DNA from: Vulcanimicrobiaceae bacterium
GTDB taxonomy: Bacteria > Vulcanimicrobiota > Vulcanimicrobiia > Vulcanimicrobiales > Vulcanimicrobiaceae
Length of the DNA: 26,675 bases
Assembly: GCA_046262595.1 (NCBI GenBank)
Contig: JBHEMM010000035.1
Coordinates: 1-26,675 of the forward strand
Direction: 5' to 3'
Shown here: in pieces, positions 25,520 to 26,675 of the stretch
Layout: every line of letters starts with the position of its first letter
Numbering within the stretch: position 1 is the first letter of the stretch
The notes under the pieces: model-generated
What the model was told of the DNA's origin: nothing
What the model saw: only the letters and a program-made list of their open reading frames with translations
Databases searched by the model: none
Translations under genes and position numbers: made by a program

Positions 25520-25536
25520 ACGAAAGGCACGCACCT

Positions 25537-25809
25537 ATGAGCAGCTTATTGAGTCACATCGCACACGGCGTTGAAAGCGGACTGATGACGCTCGCCACGA
25601 CCGGCAATCCGGCACTGGCCGCCGGCGCAGGGATCGCGGGCGCCGTCTGCGAGAACGGCGCCCGCAGCGCGAACGCGGGCCCCGGCATGACGCAGGCGGC
25701 GGGCGGCCCGCTGCTCCAGATGCTTCGCGCCGAGAATCCAACGGAGCGGCAAAACGTGAACGCGCTTTCGTCCTTCGCCGACCTCATCTATCCGGCGGCT
25801 GCGGCGTAA
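25537..25809 (+). CDS. Small hypothetical protein with glycine-zipper-like hydrophobic segment
   Basis: AAAGG upstream of ATG, 17 nt after the muramidase stop. Contains TGNPALAAGAGIAGAV. Confidence 0.7.
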   Translation: MSSLLSHIAHGVESGLMTLATTGNPALAAGAGIAGAVCENGARSANAGPGMTQAAGGPLLQMLRAENPTERQNVNALSSFADLIYPAAAA

Positions 25810-25822
25810 GGCAGGCGGCGAA

Positions 25823-26167
25823 ATGGCATTTCTTTCATCCTTGGCGGGGTTTGCCCAGTCCAATCCGGGGCTGCTCGCTTCGGCGCTGAGCTTGTTTACG
25901 GGCGGCCTCGGCAACGCTGCCGGCAACGCCGGCAATGCCGCGATGAACGGGCTGAACGCGCAAAGCGAGGCGTTTCAGGTCGGCATGTATGCGCAGCAAC
26001 TACAGCATCAGGAACAGATGCAGATGATCTCGCAGTCGTTCGATGAGATGATGGATCAAAAATCGGAGAACATGCGCGAGCAGAATACCCTTCGCGACGT
26101 CAACATGGCGCAGCGTAAAGCCGACAATGCGATCGTCAAGAAATTCATCGAAAGCATCACGGAGTGA
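25823..26167 (+). CDS. Small Gly/Asn/Gln/Met-rich helical protein (Hrp-pilin/needle-like composition)
   Basis: 13 nt after the previous gene. GNA repeats, Q/M-rich helix, and a C-terminal 40 aa paralogous to the next ORF. Confidence 0.75.
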   Translation: MAFLSSLAGFAQSNPGLLASALSLFTGGLGNAAGNAGNAAMNGLNAQSEAFQVGMYAQQLQHQEQMQMISQSFDEMMDQKSENMREQNTLRDVNMAQRKADNAIVKKFIESITE

Positions 26168-26361
26168 TCGCTCCCGTCGCGCGGGGGCCGGCGTCCCCGA
26201 AAAGCGGCTCGCCGCGCGTGCAGGCGCAACAGGCGGCATTTGACGACGCGATGGAAGAACGCGCGGAGCTCGAGCGTGAAGCCAACGTGCTGCGCGACAT
26301 GATGCTCGCGCAGCTCAAAGCGGACGATGAAGCGCTGAAAAAATACGTTGCGATGATTTGA
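26164..26361 (+). CDS. Small helical protein, paralog of the preceding gene's C-terminus
   Basis: GTGA overlap. 18/40 ungapped identities with the preceding protein (hand alignment). Confidence 0.75.
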   Translation: MIAPVARGPASPKSGSPRVQAQQAAFDDAMEERAELEREANVLRDMMLAQLKADDEALKKYVAMI

Positions 26362-26375
26362 ACGGCAGCGGTCAC

Positions 26376-26423
26376 GGGCGTCGATGCCCGGGCGGTTTTT
26401 GTCCGCGCCCGGCATCGACGCCC
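26376..26423 (+). terminator. Strong GC-rich hairpin closing the muramidase operon
   Basis: GGGCGTCGATGCC (26376-26388) / GGCATCGACGCCC (26411-26423) perfect 13 bp, plus GGGCG/CGCCC. Starts 14 nt after the stop. No U-tract. Confidence 0.55.
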
Positions 26424-26472
26424 TTCCGCCGCGCGCCTGGGCGCAACCGCGGGAGGGTCCGCTTGCGTCGTA

Positions 26473-26481
26473 TGGTACAAT
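26473..26481 (+). promoter_or_regulatory. Extended -10 promoter for the tRNA
   Basis: TG-g-TACAAT ending 12 nt upstream of the mature tRNA 5' end. No clear -35. Confidence 0.65.
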
Positions 26482-26493
26482 CCTACTCTGTGC

Positions 26494-26570
26494 GGGCCAT
26501 TAGCTCAGTTGGTTAGAGCGCATGCTTGATAAGCATGAGGTCCCAAGTTCGACCCTTGGATGGCCCACCA
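26494..26570 (+). tRNA. tRNA-Ile(GAT)
   Basis: Full cloverleaf: acceptor GGGCCAT/ATGGCCC, D arm GCTC/GAGC, anticodon arm CATGC-TT-GAT-AA-GCATG, T arm CCAAG-TTCGACC-CTTGG, encoded CCA. Confidence 0.97.
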
Positions 26571-26575
26571 TATAG

Positions 26576-26605
26576 AAACCCCGATTGTATCGGGGTTTTT
26601 TCTTT
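26576..26605 (+). terminator. Intrinsic terminator after tRNA-Ile
   Basis: AAACCCCGAT-tgt-ATCGGGGTTT followed by a T-rich tract. Confidence 0.88.
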
Positions 26606-26675
26606 GGTTCACCGCCCCGCGGTCTCGCCGTCCTCGTCGCCAAGGCCGACTGCCTGATCGGCAATGTCCTTGAGT

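Noticed and set aside
25910..25942. Short tandem GGCAAC/T-GCC repeats
   Set aside because: They encode GNA peptide repeats inside a CDS and are not a CRISPR array or a regulatory repeat.
24860..26675. Prophage or integrative element at tRNA-Ile (muramidase as endolysin)
   Set aside because: No integrase, holin or structural phage genes, no duplicated tRNA 3' end seen in the window, and no obvious compositional shift. The cassette lies 5' of the tRNA.

Overview
GC-rich bacterial chromosomal DNA that is densely coding, with no transposase, integrase, phage gene or CRISPR array seen. An outer-membrane barrel alongside Firmicutes-like ffh-rpsP-khpA-rimM synteny suggests a diderm Terrabacteria lineage such as Eremiobacterota/Armatimonadota (inference only). 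Left to right: (1) a divergent cluster of PAS histidine kinase, YaiO-like outer-membrane barrel, single-domain response regulator, membrane-anchored HEAT-repeat protein and processive GT2 synthase, probably a synthase-dependent exopolysaccharide system; (2) stress and housekeeping genes (VOC/PhnB, GNAT, YcaQ-like crosslink glycosylase, 1-Cys MsrA); (3) an HxlR, BNR/VPS10 propeller hydrolase, MFS-acyltransferase fusion run; (4) M3 oligopeptidase, YihY, alpha/beta hydrolase and exported hypotheticals; (5) a minus-strand operon yceD-rpmF-fabH-fabD-fabG-acpP-ffh-rpsP-khpA-rimM under a near-consensus sigma70 promoter; (6) a four-gene module with a GH23 muramidase and three small signal-peptide-less proteins, two of them paralogous and reminiscent of Hrp pilin or T3SS needle subunits; (7) a free-standing tRNA-Ile(GAT). 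The best leads are a 43-codon Cys-rich ORF downstream of rimM, absent from the ORF track, with an in-frame TGA followed by a SECIS-like hairpin (candidate micro-selenoprotein), and the muramidase plus pilin-like module.
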